Source: a virus
Length of the DNA stretch: 42,756 nt
Direction: 5' to 3' (one strand)
Virus record (IMG/VR): IMGVR_UViG_3300017698_000003
Coordinates: 1-42,756 of that record
The notes below the pieces were generated by a model that searched no databases, was not told the origin of the DNA, and saw only the letters and a list, made by a program, of their open reading frames with translations. Position 1 is the first letter of the stretch; every line of letters begins with the position of its first letter. A program made the position numbers and the translations under genes. Shown piece after piece: positions 17,955 through 26,407 of the stretch.

Positions 17955-18386
17955 TTACCCGTCGTCTTTGTTCTTGTTCGCGCCGAAGTTACCGGCAAGG
18001 ATATTCAGCACGCGAAGGATAGCCGAAATAATCTTGTCGTCGGCGGTCGTCGGGGTAAGGGCCGTAATCGCGGTCGCAGCCGTAACGACGGTCGTAATAG
18101 CGACAAGCCAAGCGGGCAGGGCTTCGAAAATCGCCAGCCAACCGAACCCGGCTACCGCCGCCCCGGTCGTAGCCTGCGCATACGCCGCCATGGGTGCAAG
18201 AATGAACAGGGCAAGCCCCGCCAAGGCGGCACGGGCTAGGGCGCGATTGCCGGGGGTCGCCAGCACGACGAACAGGCACGCCAGCGCGGCAACACCGATA
18301 ACGGGGGCCGCAAGGGCGACGGGAAGCGCGACGGCGCACAGGGCGACGGCGGCAAGGGCTGCAATGCCAAAGAAAAGGGCTTTCAT
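17955..18386 (-). CDS. Holin candidate (multi-TM membrane protein)
   Basis: 143 aa with 3-4 Ala/Leu-rich TM segments and a charged C-terminus (NKNKDDG). AGGAG SD. Directly after the endolysin gene. Confidence 0.55.
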   Translation of the reverse strand: MKALFFGIAALAAVALCAVALPVALAAPVIGVAALACLFVVLATPGNRALARAALAGLALFILAPMAAYAQATTGAAVAGFGWLAIFEALPAWLVAITTVVTAATAITALTPTTADDKIISAILRVLNILAGNFGANKNKDDG

Positions 18387-18438
18387 GGTCGTAAATCTCC
18401 TACGTAGGGTTGTGCGCTTATGCGCGGGTTATCACGGC

Positions 18439-19268
18439 CTACAGGCGCGCGAACTGGAAGTGCATCCAATCGAAGTTACGCGCGCGACCAAGCGATACGG
18501 CCCCGGCGGCTTCGACAATGCGCCAAAATTCTTCGTATTCGGGCTTGGCAAAGCGCGCCCGTGTGTTGTTCCAACGTAGTTGGTTATTGGCCGGGTCAAG
18601 GTCTACGGCAATGCCCCAACTGTGCATTGAATACGACGACCCGCCGCGCATTTTGCGCACGTTCAAACAACCGCCGTACATATTCAAGCCAAGCGCCTTA
18701 ATGCGGTCAAGCCCGTATGCGTCAAGCGTACGGTCAAAGATACCGGCCATAGCGTCGGCGACCTTTTCGTGACACGTCATTTTCGACACGCTTTGGCGCG
18801 TGTTCCATGCAATGACCATAGGGTACGGTAGTGCAATTGTCGTTTGGTTCTTGCCCACAGACCCGTAGAAGGCGGACACGCCCGATTGACGCGGCCAAAG
18901 GGTAGACGCGCCGGGCTGTTCGGACGCGTCGGCGATTGCAGAAAGCAACGGCGCGTCGTCGCGCCCCAATACTTCGGCGTGCCCGTGTTCGCGTTCGTAC
19001 GCCCATGCGTTGAACGCTTCAAGCGTGTTGTGCCCGCTGTAGCCGTCGATTGTGCCCGGTTCGAAGCCCGCGTGCTTAAGCACAAGCTGCGCCGCTGCAA
19101 CCATACGCCGACGGTCGTTAAGTTTTCCGCCGGGTAGTTCCGACTTGCGGGCCGAAAGTAGGCTTTCAATAGCCGCGTGCGTCTTCGGCCCCGCGTCGCC
19201 GTCAATGCCGCCTTTGTAGTATCCGGCGGCGGTAAGAAGGCGCTGTACGTCGCGTGTACTTAAGTGCA
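18439..19268 (-). CDS. Endolysin: two PG_binding_1 repeats plus an M15 (VanY-like) peptidase domain
   Basis: GYYKGGIDGDAGPKTHAAI and GFEPGTIDGYSGHNTLEAF (PG-binding). SMHSWGIAVDLDP and DWMHFQ (H..D...H zinc site). Start at 19268 (GAAAGG SD, downstream of the promoter). Confidence 0.8.
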
Positions 19269-19307
19269 TGGTCGTAGCCTTTCGTCTGGCGTTGGGGGTT
19301 GTTGCGG

Positions 19308-19336
19308 ACGCTAGCACTATTGCCGGGCCGTGTCAA
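19308..19336 (-). promoter_or_regulatory. Promoter (late/lysis-structural operon): TTGACA-N17-TAGCGT
   Basis: Minus strand -35 at 19336-19331 and -10 at 19313-19308. It lies right after a terminator and 40 nt before the endolysin ATG. Confidence 0.6.
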
Positions 19337-19373
19337 AGAAAAGGGGGCCGCACCAATTAAGGTACGACCCCCC
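19335..19373 (-). terminator. Rho-independent terminator ending the early/middle operon
   Basis: Minus strand GGGGGTCGTACC-TTAATT-GGTGCGGCCCCC (12 bp including 2 G-U pairs) followed by TTTTCTTT. Confidence 0.65.
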
Positions 19374-19394
19374 GCTTAAGCCCAACGGTAGGGC

Positions 19395-20057
19395 TTATTC
19401 TTCGTCGGCTGCGTCGTCGGTGCCGACTTCGATACGCCAGACCCGCGCGCCCTTCACGCCGTTTTCTTCGACGGTGCGCACCATGAACTTGCGTTCATAG
19501 GTGTAGGCCGGAACTTCGACGGCTTCCATTTCGCCGCTTTCCTTGTTCTTGCGGTTGATTGTCCGCGTGCCGGTTTCGGTCGCGTAACGCTTCGACGCCG
19601 AAGACACGGTGCTTGCCAGCGACTTGCCGGGGTTCGGCATGTCTTCGGTAGCGGGCACGAAAAACGACTGACCGACGGCCAGCGCGTCGAACGGGTAGAT
19701 AGACGTTGCGGCACCGCTGCGCTTGATTGCGGGAATGGGCACGGCATTGTCAATGTTAAAGGTGTTCATGGGTCGGGTTCCTTCGTTGGGTGCCGTCGGG
19801 GTTCCGTCGGTCACGGTTTCGTCGGGGGCGTTTGCGCCTTCGGCCTGTGCGGCGTCGTATGCGTCTGCGCCCGACTTGGTTGCGCGTACGGCCACTTTGT
19901 TGCCGTCCGTCATTTGGGTATTGCATTCGACGTATTCGGCGTCAAGCAAAATCTTGACGCTTTTTTCGGTCATGTACACAAAACCGGGTTCACCGGCCCG
20001 CGTTGCTTCGACGATTTCGCCAAGCTTGGCAATCTGTGCTTTGCTAAGGTTCGACAT
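19395..20057 (-). CDS. Hypothetical protein, two domains joined by a Pro/Thr/Ala linker
   Basis: 220 aa with a GAAAGGAAC SD. Last gene before the terminator. No family recognised. Confidence 0.5.
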   Translation of the reverse strand: MSNLSKAQIAKLGEIVEATRAGEPGFVYMTEKSVKILLDAEYVECNTQMTDGNKVAVRATKSGADAYDAAQAEGANAPDETVTDGTPTAPNEGTRPMNTFNIDNAVPIPAIKRSGAATSIYPFDALAVGQSFFVPATEDMPNPGKSLASTVSSASKRYATETGTRTINRKNKESGEMEAVEVPAYTYERKFMVRTVEENGVKGARVWRIEVGTDDAADEE

Positions 20058-20118
20058 GGTATTAGTTCCTTTCGGTTTCCGTTGGACACATTGAACAATA
20101 AAACTTCGTACGGTCGTG

Positions 20119-20349
20119 TCAACCCCCTACGAAGAAAGTTTTTGCCGCGATTACGACGGGCGCGTAATAGATTGCGCAGACGACCACGGCGAAGACGGCA
20201 AAGCCGCCTTTTCGCACTGCCCGCACGAACGGCGACCGGGCGGCGTCTTGCAGCCGGGCAAGTTCGTTCATGTCGCGGGTGCATTTTGAGCCATACGCCA
20301 GCTTCGCGGCTATACGGGCTTCAAGTTCTGCGATACGTGCGGCGGACAT
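20119..20349 (-). CDS. Hypothetical protein with C-terminal TM helix
   Basis: ATG at 20349 forms a TAATG overlap with the upstream stop. C-terminus GGFAVFAVVVCAIYYAPVVIAA. Confidence 0.45.
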   Translation of the reverse strand: MSAARIAELEARIAAKLAYGSKCTRDMNELARLQDAARSPFVRAVRKGGFAVFAVVVCAIYYAPVVIAAKTFFVGG

Positions 20350-20588
20350 TACCAACCCCCTTTATGTTCGTAGCATTCTTCGACTATACGGCTTTCGTCT
20401 GCGTTAGTCAAACGCTTGTAAATCCATGCGGGGGCTTTCTTGCATGTCTTGCCGCCTACTGCGCTAATCGACCAATCGTCTACGTCGTCAACGCCGCCGC
20501 CGCAATCGCGGTTGTCGTACCCGGTCGTATTAAATTCAACCGTGACGGGAAGCCCGCCTAATACTGTGGTGTCAAATTCGTAGGCCAT
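20349..20588 (-). CDS. Hypothetical protein
   Basis: 79 aa with a GGAG SD. First gene after the promoter at 20618-20646. Confidence 0.5.
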   Translation of the reverse strand: MAYEFDTTVLGGLPVTVEFNTTGYDNRDCGGGVDDVDDWSISAVGGKTCKKAPAWIYKRLTNADESRIVEECYEHKGGW

Positions 20589-20617
20589 GTTCGTTACTCC
20601 TATCCGCTGTTGATACG

Positions 20618-20646
20618 AATATAGCTACGTACATGGCCTACGTCAA
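20618..20646 (-). promoter_or_regulatory. Promoter TTGACG-N17-TATATT
   Basis: Minus strand -35 at 20646-20641 and -10 at 20623-20618. GACGTAGGC is duplicated around the -35 (plus-strand GCCTACGTC at 20636-20644 and 20649-20657). Confidence 0.65.
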
Positions 20647-20665
20647 GTGCCTACGTCGAAAAAAG

Positions 20666-20884
20666 TTACGACGCGGCTTTAAGTACCTTCGTCTTGTCGA
20701 TAAAGACGCGCACGCCTTCTTCGAACCCGGCGCGTACCTGTTCGTGCGCGTGCCCGATATTGTGCGCGTCAACGTCCTTGTGGTGCTTGTCGTTGTCCTG
20801 CGACGTGCGGTAGTGAACCCGAAACTTGGTCGTCGGCTTCGGGGCGGGTGCGGCGGTTGCCGTTGGCTTCTTCGTGGTGGTCAT
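20666..20884 (-). CDS. Hypothetical protein
   Basis: Start at MTTTKKPTA with a GAAAGGAAC SD; 72 aa. Confidence 0.45.
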   Translation of the reverse strand: MTTTKKPTATAAPAPKPTTKFRVHYRTSQDNDKHHKDVDAHNIGHAHEQVRAGFEEGVRVFIDKTKVLKAAS

Positions 20885-20898
20885 GCGTTGGGTTCCTT

Positions 20899-21108
20899 TC
20901 ACTTTGTCCAAACATGGTGGTAGCGGCGCGGTAGGTTGTCGCATGAATAGACGCCGCGCACGTCGTCTACACGCTCACAATAGCCGGTCGAATAGCTTTC
21001 GTAAACAACCGGCAAGGTAATGGCATAATAGAGTGCCCACAGTAGGGCACCGGACGCCAGAACGGCCACGAAGGCGGCGCTAGCGTAGATTTGGAACCTG
21101 TACCGCAT
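20899..21108 (-). CDS. Small membrane protein
   Basis: 69 aa with a TM helix AAFVAVLASGALLWALYYAI. Confidence 0.4.
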   Translation of the reverse strand: MRYRFQIYASAAFVAVLASGALLWALYYAITLPVVYESYSTGYCERVDDVRGVYSCDNLPRRYHHVWTK

Positions 21109-21274
21109 GGCCTACCCCCCAAACCTGTAGCGCGGCCCCTGTGGCGAACAGGGCAAGCACGATTAGCCCGCCGAAGCCCGCCGGGGCTTTGTCTTTGCGT
21201 TCGCTTGCCGCCCCGGTCGTGATACCGAAGACGACGGCAAGGCCGTATAGCACGATTGATATTGCGGTAGTCAT
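21080..21274 (-). CDS. Small membrane protein
   Basis: 64 aa with two hydrophobic helices and a GAAAGGG SD. Confidence 0.4.
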   Translation of the reverse strand: MTTAISIVLYGLAVVFGITTGAASERKDKAPAGFGGLIVLALFATGAALQVWGVGHAVQVPNLR

Positions 21275-21308
21275 ACGTTGCCCTTTCGTTGATTGGCTAC
21301 GAAGAAGC

Positions 21309-21821
21309 CTACGGCGTATCTAGCCGCGTGTCAACCTTATAATAGAGCATGACAAGGTTAGCGGCTTCGCGCCACGTATACGCCGCCCGTACGCAATAGC
21401 CTTGTTCGCGTACTGCGTCGCCGAACGCTATTTGTTCGTCGGATAGTCCGCCGTTCTTGTGCGTCTTGCGGCCCGGTTCCTTGAATTCGATATACAGGCC
21501 GCAATAATACGCCGTTTGTTCGCCCTGCCCTGCGTCGTATGTGAACGGCTTAGACACAGGTAGGAACGTGTCAAGTACGCCCGGCTTTACGCCTTCGGCC
21601 TTAAGCTTCGCCGCTGTAATCTTGTCGCGCGCGCCGCCGTTGGGTATGGCATGGAATAGCCCTAATTCGGGCAAGGCCGGTTTATCGGGGTCGATTGTGA
21701 AGCCCGCCGGGCCGGTACAGGCGAACGCGAAACCCCCTAGCCGGGCTGCGTTAAGCCATGCGAAAAACGCGCGTTGGTGCGCGTGTTCGCTGTTCGTCTT
21801 CGCTAGGCTATCAAAGTTCAT
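21309..21821 (-). CDS. VRR-NUC domain nuclease
   Basis: LYIEFKEPGRK...GGLSDEQIAFGDAVREQGY fits the VRR-NUC core (E.K ... Q). Start at MNFDSL (GAAAAGGG SD). Confidence 0.6.
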   Translation of the reverse strand: MNFDSLAKTNSEHAHQRAFFAWLNAARLGGFAFACTGPAGFTIDPDKPALPELGLFHAIPNGGARDKITAAKLKAEGVKPGVLDTFLPVSKPFTYDAGQGEQTAYYCGLYIEFKEPGRKTHKNGGLSDEQIAFGDAVREQGYCVRAAYTWREAANLVMLYYKVDTRLDTP

Positions 21822-21825
21822 AGCG

Positions 21826-22125
21826 TTAACCCTTTTCGATTTCGGCATAGTCGTACGTCGTCATAAGCCTAAGCTTACAACGTAGTTGACGTTCTACCCA
21901 TTTGCGTTCTTTGCGATTGCACCGCACGTTACCTTCGGCGCTGATTACGATAAACGCCTTATCAACGTCTACGCTGATTTGCACCGACCTATCGGTAGCC
22001 GGGCACACGACCCGGCTTACCCTAAGCGTGTTCGGGTCTACGCCCGGCGTTATGGCGGCAAACTTGGCCGTAACGTCTTCGTATTCGTTGCGGTTAAGCC
22101 ATGCAAGCACTTGCGGAATGTTCAC
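21826..22125 (-). CDS. Hypothetical protein
   Basis: 99 aa; GTG start in a GTGA overlap with the upstream stop. Confidence 0.4.
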   Translation of the reverse strand: MNIPQVLAWLNRNEYEDVTAKFAAITPGVDPNTLRVSRVVCPATDRSVQISVDVDKAFIVISAEGNVRCNRKERKWVERQLRCKLRLMTTYDYAEIEKG

Positions 22126-22406
22126 GACTGCGCCGCGTCGTCAACTACGACGCCTTCCATATCCGCGACGTACACCATAACGGGCGGGTGCGATACGCCG
22201 ACAATGCCTAGCACGATATGCCCGCCCGCTTGCATGGCGGCTAGTTCCTTCGGGGTCGGGTGCCAGACCGTGAACATAACCGGCGTGTCGCCCTGCGACC
22301 CGTCGGCGTGAACCATTGATACGACGCTATCGGCGACCGGCAAGGGCGTGTAGCCCTGCGCTTCGCCAAGCACGCGCGTTACGTTGGCCGGGGTTCCTAC
22401 TTTCAT
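22122..22406 (-). CDS. Hypothetical protein
   Basis: Start at MKVGTPAN (ATGA overlap with the RNase H stop, GAAAGGAAC SD); 94 aa. Confidence 0.45.
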   Translation of the reverse strand: MKVGTPANVTRVLGEAQGYTPLPVADSVVSMVHADGSQGDTPVMFTVWHPTPKELAAMQAGGHIVLGIVGVSHPPVMVYVADMEGVVVDDAAQS

Positions 22407-22831
22407 GGCTGTAGTTCCTTTCGTTGCAATTTCATATGTCGGCGCGCTTCCGTATCGCACCAACGGTTACACCAAAAGCGGGGTTCTTTGCGCTTGGTAT
22501 GCCCCTTAACGTGACGCGCCTTTACGCGAATGTCAAGGCCAAGCCTACGAAGGTGCCCGCTAAAAGCGTGCTTGTTCTGTTGTATCAAGCGTACGACGTG
22601 TAGGCTATCCGTTTGGACTAGGGCAACTTGTGCCCCGGATAGCTTCGCTATGGTTAGCCCGTTGATTACGGCCCATAGTTCGGCTTCGTTAACGTCATTC
22701 GGTCGCCGCTTGAATGCGCCGCTATTCTGCACACGTATACCGCCGTCTACGGCGACGTAAGCGGCCCAACCGCCCGCCTTAGTTTCGTGGCATAGCGACG
22801 CGTCACTTATGACCGTCGCCGTTACTGTCAT
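22403..22831 (-). CDS. Ribonuclease H (type 1)
   Basis: D-E-D-H-D pattern: ISDAS, NEAELWAV, QTDS, HVKGHT, WCDTEA. Confidence 0.75.
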   Translation of the reverse strand: MTVTATVISDASLCHETKAGGWAAYVAVDGGIRVQNSGAFKRRPNDVNEAELWAVINGLTIAKLSGAQVALVQTDSLHVVRLIQQNKHAFSGHLRRLGLDIRVKARHVKGHTKRKEPRFWCNRWCDTEARRHMKLQRKELQP

Positions 22832-23021
22832 GTGTGGGCACCCCCTTAAGCTTGAAGCGCGTACAGTGGTGCGCCTGTTCTACAACCAATGCGGCGTTAC
22901 CGCGCTTGTGTTGACTGCACACGCCCGACCCGTACCTACGCAGCGTATGCGCGAAGTATGCGCAGTTAACGCACACGGGTTCGTCGGGCGGGATTGGTGG
23001 TTGTTCTTCGCTGTAGGTCAT
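22803..23021 (-). CDS. Small Cys-rich protein
   Basis: 72 aa with CVNC...C...C spacing, suggesting a zinc ribbon. Confidence 0.4.
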   Translation of the reverse strand: MTYSEEQPPIPPDEPVCVNCAYFAHTLRRYGSGVCSQHKRGNAALVVEQAHHCTRFKLKGVPTHDSNGDGHK

Positions 23022-23356
23022 TCGTCGGGTTCCTTGTCAACTATCCCTAGCAGGCGGTACGCGCCGCGCTGCAATATCCATAGGGCGTTAGGGCCGTCGG
23101 CTACACTTGACGCGTAGAATTCGTGCCCTTCTTTCGTGTGTCCAACGATTACGACGGTTTCAAGTTCGCCTAGGGCTTGCCTAAGCAAATCGTCGGGGTC
23201 GCTGGCGTGACGTGTGACAATAGGGGCGTGTACGACGTTGGCTAGTTCGACGTAGCCTACGCCCTTGCATACGGGGCACGACGAATTCGTGCCCCAACTG
23301 CGAACGCTTCCCGTGCCTTTGCACTTGGCGCATTCGCGCCTAACTTGCTTCGCCAT
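23018..23356 (-). CDS. Protein with DnaJ-type CxxCxGxG zinc-finger repeats
   Basis: CAKCKGTGS and CPVCKGVGY. Start chosen at MAKQV (GAAGGGG SD); the longer ORF to 23428 overlaps the upstream gene. Confidence 0.5.
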   Translation of the reverse strand: MAKQVRRECAKCKGTGSVRSWGTNSSCPVCKGVGYVELANVVHAPIVTRHASDPDDLLRQALGELETVVIVGHTKEGHEFYASSVADGPNALWILQRGAYRLLGIVDKEPDE

Positions 23357-23549
23357 TAGTTGCCCCTTCGGCTTTGTACGCCGACGCATAGCGGGCTTGC
23401 CGGGCTGCGTCAAATTCGCGCGCGACAATCCGTTGCAGGGCTTCGGCCAATGCGTTACGCACTGCGTACCCGAAGCGTTCCCGCTTAAGTACGTTGGTCA
23501 AAATGCGTTCCGCGTCTTCGGTTGCGTCGTATGTGTGTTTGGTAGCCAT
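23340..23549 (-). CDS. Hypothetical protein
   Basis: 69 aa with a GAAAGG SD. First gene after the promoter at 23578-23606. Confidence 0.45.
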   Translation of the reverse strand: MATKHTYDATEDAERILTNVLKRERFGYAVRNALAEALQRIVAREFDAARQARYASAYKAEGATNGEAS

Positions 23550-23577
23550 TGTTCTAACCTTTCCTAGCTATGCGACT

Positions 23578-23606
23578 ACCCTACCACGGGTCGCCACTAA
23601 TTGCAA
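23578..23606 (-). promoter_or_regulatory. Promoter TTGCAA-N17-TAGGGT
   Basis: Minus strand -35 at 23606-23601 and -10 at 23583-23578, in the 83-nt gap upstream of 23549. Confidence 0.55.
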
Positions 23607-23632
23607 GCTAGCACACGAAGGTTAATACTTCG

Positions 23633-24550
23633 TTATGCGTCGTCGTGTTCTTCGGCAAACTTCGTAGCGTCGCGCAAGATACCCTTGTGCTTGGCTAGCA
23701 GTTCTTCGCGTTCTGCCCACACGTCGGGGTCGCGTACAAGGTCGATTTCGTCTTGTATCAGGTCGCGCAATACGCGGGGTTCCAGCGCGTCAAGTTCCCA
23801 TGAATACGCCCCATGTTCGGCGATATAGTCTTGCGCCCGGCTATCGGTCAACTTGGCCGGGTTCGGCGGCGGGTCGTACGCGCGCACTTGGTCAATGTTC
23901 AACGCTATGCGCTTGACTTCCAACGTTTGCCCTTCGCAGCCGTAATCGTTGTCTGCGCCGCTAAACATGCGCAAGCGGTCTTCGTTGTCGCGGGTCATAT
24001 CCAGCCCGCTAGGGTCGTGGTCGCCTAGGTGAATAACGACGACGCTTTGCCCGCCTTCCATGTACGTACGCAGCCGCTTGCCCGCTTCGTACAGTTCGCT
24101 TTGTGACACGTAGCCCCGGCACGCGAAGTAGTCTACGTCGTTGTCGCGGCACACGCGTTCGATAACGCCTACAAGGGCGTCTTTTTCTATCCATACTTCT
24201 AGGCGCACGTCTTGCCCGTCCCACATATCAATAGAGTATGCGCGGGAATTGTACCGGATAAGCGCAGCCGGGCTAGGCCACGATTGGACGCCGCGCAAGA
24301 ACCGCGTACGGTCTTCGATAGCGTCCCAATCAATCAACCCGGCAAGGCGACCGTTCGACACGGTGCGGCCTAGGCTATCGTACGCCTTTTGGTTGTTCGG
24401 GATAAGGCCGCGCGACACGAATTGGTAATAGAGTTGTCGCAGGGTCAGCTTAAGCCCGTCGGCTTGGTATTCGTCGATAATGTCGTTTGCCTGTGCGATA
24501 GTCGCCAACGACGACTTTCTAAAGGGCACGTCCTTAAAGTGTTCACGCAT
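23633..24550 (-). CDS. Type IIB topoisomerase A-subunit (Top6A/Spo11)-like protein: 5Y-CAP plus Toprim ('Mini-A'-like)
   Basis: LTLRQLYYQFV (R-x-L-Y-Y, as at the catalytic Tyr of Spo11/Top6A). EVWIEKDALVGVI (Toprim Glu). HLGDHDPSGLDM (DxDPxG). 305 aa, with no B subunit nearby. Confidence 0.6.
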   Translation of the reverse strand: MREHFKDVPFRKSSLATIAQANDIIDEYQADGLKLTLRQLYYQFVSRGLIPNNQKAYDSLGRTVSNGRLAGLIDWDAIEDRTRFLRGVQSWPSPAALIRYNSRAYSIDMWDGQDVRLEVWIEKDALVGVIERVCRDNDVDYFACRGYVSQSELYEAGKRLRTYMEGGQSVVVIHLGDHDPSGLDMTRDNEDRLRMFSGADNDYGCEGQTLEVKRIALNIDQVRAYDPPPNPAKLTDSRAQDYIAEHGAYSWELDALEPRVLRDLIQDEIDLVRDPDVWAEREELLAKHKGILRDATKFAEEHDDA

Positions 24551-24582
24551 GGCGCGGGTTCCTTTCGTTGTTAGGTGCGGGC

Positions 24583-24611
24583 ACCCTACGACGAATGCCC
24601 GCGCGTGTCAA
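24583..24611 (-). promoter_or_regulatory. Promoter TTGACA-N17-TAGGGT
   Basis: Minus strand -35 at 24611-24606 and -10 at 24588-24583, 33 nt before the ATG at 24550. Confidence 0.65.
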
Positions 24612-24625
24612 GGGGGCTAGCCCGA

Positions 24626-24838
24626 TTAAAGGCCGTCCCATAGCTTAGACATTTTGAACCACTGCGCCGCCTGATAGGTGTACGCGTTCCGTTCGGCCTG
24701 TAGGGCAAGGCCGAATACTACGGCCCTATGGTCGGCGGCTAGTGCGCTGTAGTCGCAACCGGCGATAGACTGCGACACTTGGTCTAGCAAGTCTTCGTCG
24801 GGCATGGGGTCTATATCCGAATGGGCATTAGCTGGCAT
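24626..24838 (-). CDS. Hypothetical protein
   Basis: 70 aa ORF tightly packed after 24843..25514. Confidence 0.4.
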   Translation of the reverse strand: MPANAHSDIDPMPDEDLLDQVSQSIAGCDYSALAADHRAVVFGLALQAERNAYTYQAAQWFKMSKLWDGL

Positions 24839-24842
24839 GGTC

Positions 24843-25514
24843 TTAGTATCCTTCGTACGGCGGGGCTTCGTTGGCGCGAACTAGGGTGCCCCATTTATCC
24901 GACGGGTCGTCGAAAAGCCCTAGCTGCGCATTGTACTTTACGCGTTCGGTGCGCTTGCGCGCAAACCATATCGTAGCTTGTAGTTGGTTCGGTATCAAGC
25001 CTTCGCGTCGCGCTAGCCGTTTGGCTGCGTCGCTTATGCGTTGGTATTCGCCCTTCGTGCGCACTATGGCTTCTTTCATGGTCATAGCGCGGCCTTCGTA
25101 TGCGGCTTTCATATGCCCGTCAATCGTGACGTGCGCCGTATCCGTAGGGTCTAGTATGTTGTGATAGAACGCGCGAATTTTCGGCCCCTTGGCCGTCGAT
25201 AGAAAGCACCTTTCGCCCGTGACGTATAAATACGCCCGGTCGCGGCAATGCTTGTAGGTGCTAACGGTTATGCGGTCGCATGGCACGCCATGGCGTACGC
25301 CGTGCAGTACGGACGCCAGCGACCGCAAGTTGCCGTAATAGTCATTGTTTGGCGATAGGGCGCAGAACGCGGCTAGGGTTCGGTCTAGCGGGGCGTCGTA
25401 CACGTCGGCAAATTCGCGCATTACGGCGTTATACCGTTCGTACGCTAGCTTGCCTTCGCGTAAGTCGTCTTCGTCGGCTAGGCCGTACATATGTCGCAGG
25501 TTGCGCCCCGACAC
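24843..25514 (-). CDS. Hypothetical conserved phage protein
   Basis: 223 aa. GTG start at 25514 or ATG at 25490. No family recognised with confidence. Confidence 0.45.
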   Translation of the reverse strand: MSGRNLRHMYGLADEDDLREGKLAYERYNAVMREFADVYDAPLDRTLAAFCALSPNNDYYGNLRSLASVLHGVRHGVPCDRITVSTYKHCRDRAYLYVTGERCFLSTAKGPKIRAFYHNILDPTDTAHVTIDGHMKAAYEGRAMTMKEAIVRTKGEYQRISDAAKRLARREGLIPNQLQATIWFARKRTERVKYNAQLGLFDDPSDKWGTLVRANEAPPYEGY

Positions 25515-25517
25515 GGC

Positions 25518-25754
25518 TTAATCGACCTTCGGCGCAATCGGCCCGCCTAGGGCGTCCAATGCGTGCGCGATACGACGGCCCGTAATCGCCCTGTGTTCGT
25601 CACGGGCCGAACCTGCGCTAGCGGCGGCTAGGGTCAGTTCGCACCGGGCTAGGTAGATTGCTTCGTGCAGCGCGTCGATATAGTTGCGCACGGCTTCCGT
25701 AGCGTCGTTAAGGTCGGTCGTGCTTGGTTCCGGCACGTCGTCAATCTTTGCCAT
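25518..25754 (-). CDS. Hypothetical protein
   Basis: Start at MAKIDDVPEP with an AGGAG SD; 78 aa, helical. Confidence 0.45.
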   Translation of the reverse strand: MAKIDDVPEPSTTDLNDATEAVRNYIDALHEAIYLARCELTLAAASAGSARDEHRAITGRRIAHALDALGGPIAPKVD

Positions 25755-25765
25755 GGTCTTTACTC

Positions 25766-25972
25766 CTACCAATTTTCAATAAGGCGCTGTTCGTACCCCG
25801 GCGGCATACCGGGGCACCCTACGCCATGACAACGGCAATCCATGCAACGCACATTGCCGGGCTTCGTTGGGCTTGCGTTCGCCAGTACCTTACGTTCTAC
25901 GTCTGCGTAGTTCGCTTCGGCTAGCTTTCGTATATGCGGCGGCAAGCATTCGCCGACTTGCTTAAAGGCCAT
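25766..25972 (-). CDS. Small Cys-rich protein
   Basis: 68 aa with VRCMDCRCHGVGC. Confidence 0.4.
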   Translation of the reverse strand: MAFKQVGECLPPHIRKLAEANYADVERKVLANASPTKPGNVRCMDCRCHGVGCPGMPPGYEQRLIENW

Positions 25973-25973
25973 G

Positions 25974-26366
25974 TTAACCCCCTTCGTTCATTTGCCGCGC
26001 CATATCGTGCGCGTGCTTCCACAATGCCCGTACGTCTTCGGTGTAGGGCTTCGGCATAGGCGACACGCGCCAATAGTGGCGACGCGACCTACGGTAATGC
26101 GTACGGTAAATACGCGGCTTTGTCAACACCGGAACCGCCGACGCTAAGTCTAGCTTAACTACGGGGTAGCCGCGTTCGTTAATCGTGACGCTTTCGACCT
26201 TGGCGCTATACGTGCCGGGCGGTAGTTCTTCGGGTTCCTTCGGCGCAAGGTACAGGCTAGGCCAGCACCCTACGCGCATAAAGCGCCAATATGGCACGCG
26301 ATAGCACACGCGGCCTATCTGGCCTTCGTATGCGGTCGCCCCGCGCATGAATGGGATAAAGTGCAT
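25974..26366 (-). CDS. Hypothetical protein
   Basis: Start at MHFIPFMRG (GGGAAAGGAAC SD); 130 aa. The longer ORF to 26495 overlaps the upstream gene. Confidence 0.45.
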   Translation of the reverse strand: MHFIPFMRGATAYEGQIGRVCYRVPYWRFMRVGCWPSLYLAPKEPEELPPGTYSAKVESVTINERGYPVVKLDLASAVPVLTKPRIYRTHYRRSRRHYWRVSPMPKPYTEDVRALWKHAHDMARQMNEGG

Positions 26367-26407
26367 AGGTGCGGTTCCTTTCCCTGCCCACAGTCGGGGC
26401 GGTTCGA

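Noticed and set aside
20094-20122. Possible eighth promoter TTGACA-N17-ATTGTT upstream of 19395..20057
   Set aside because: The -35 is perfect, but the -10 lacks the T-A....T core shared by the other seven sites, and the -35 overlaps the upstream stop codon. It is too weak to call.
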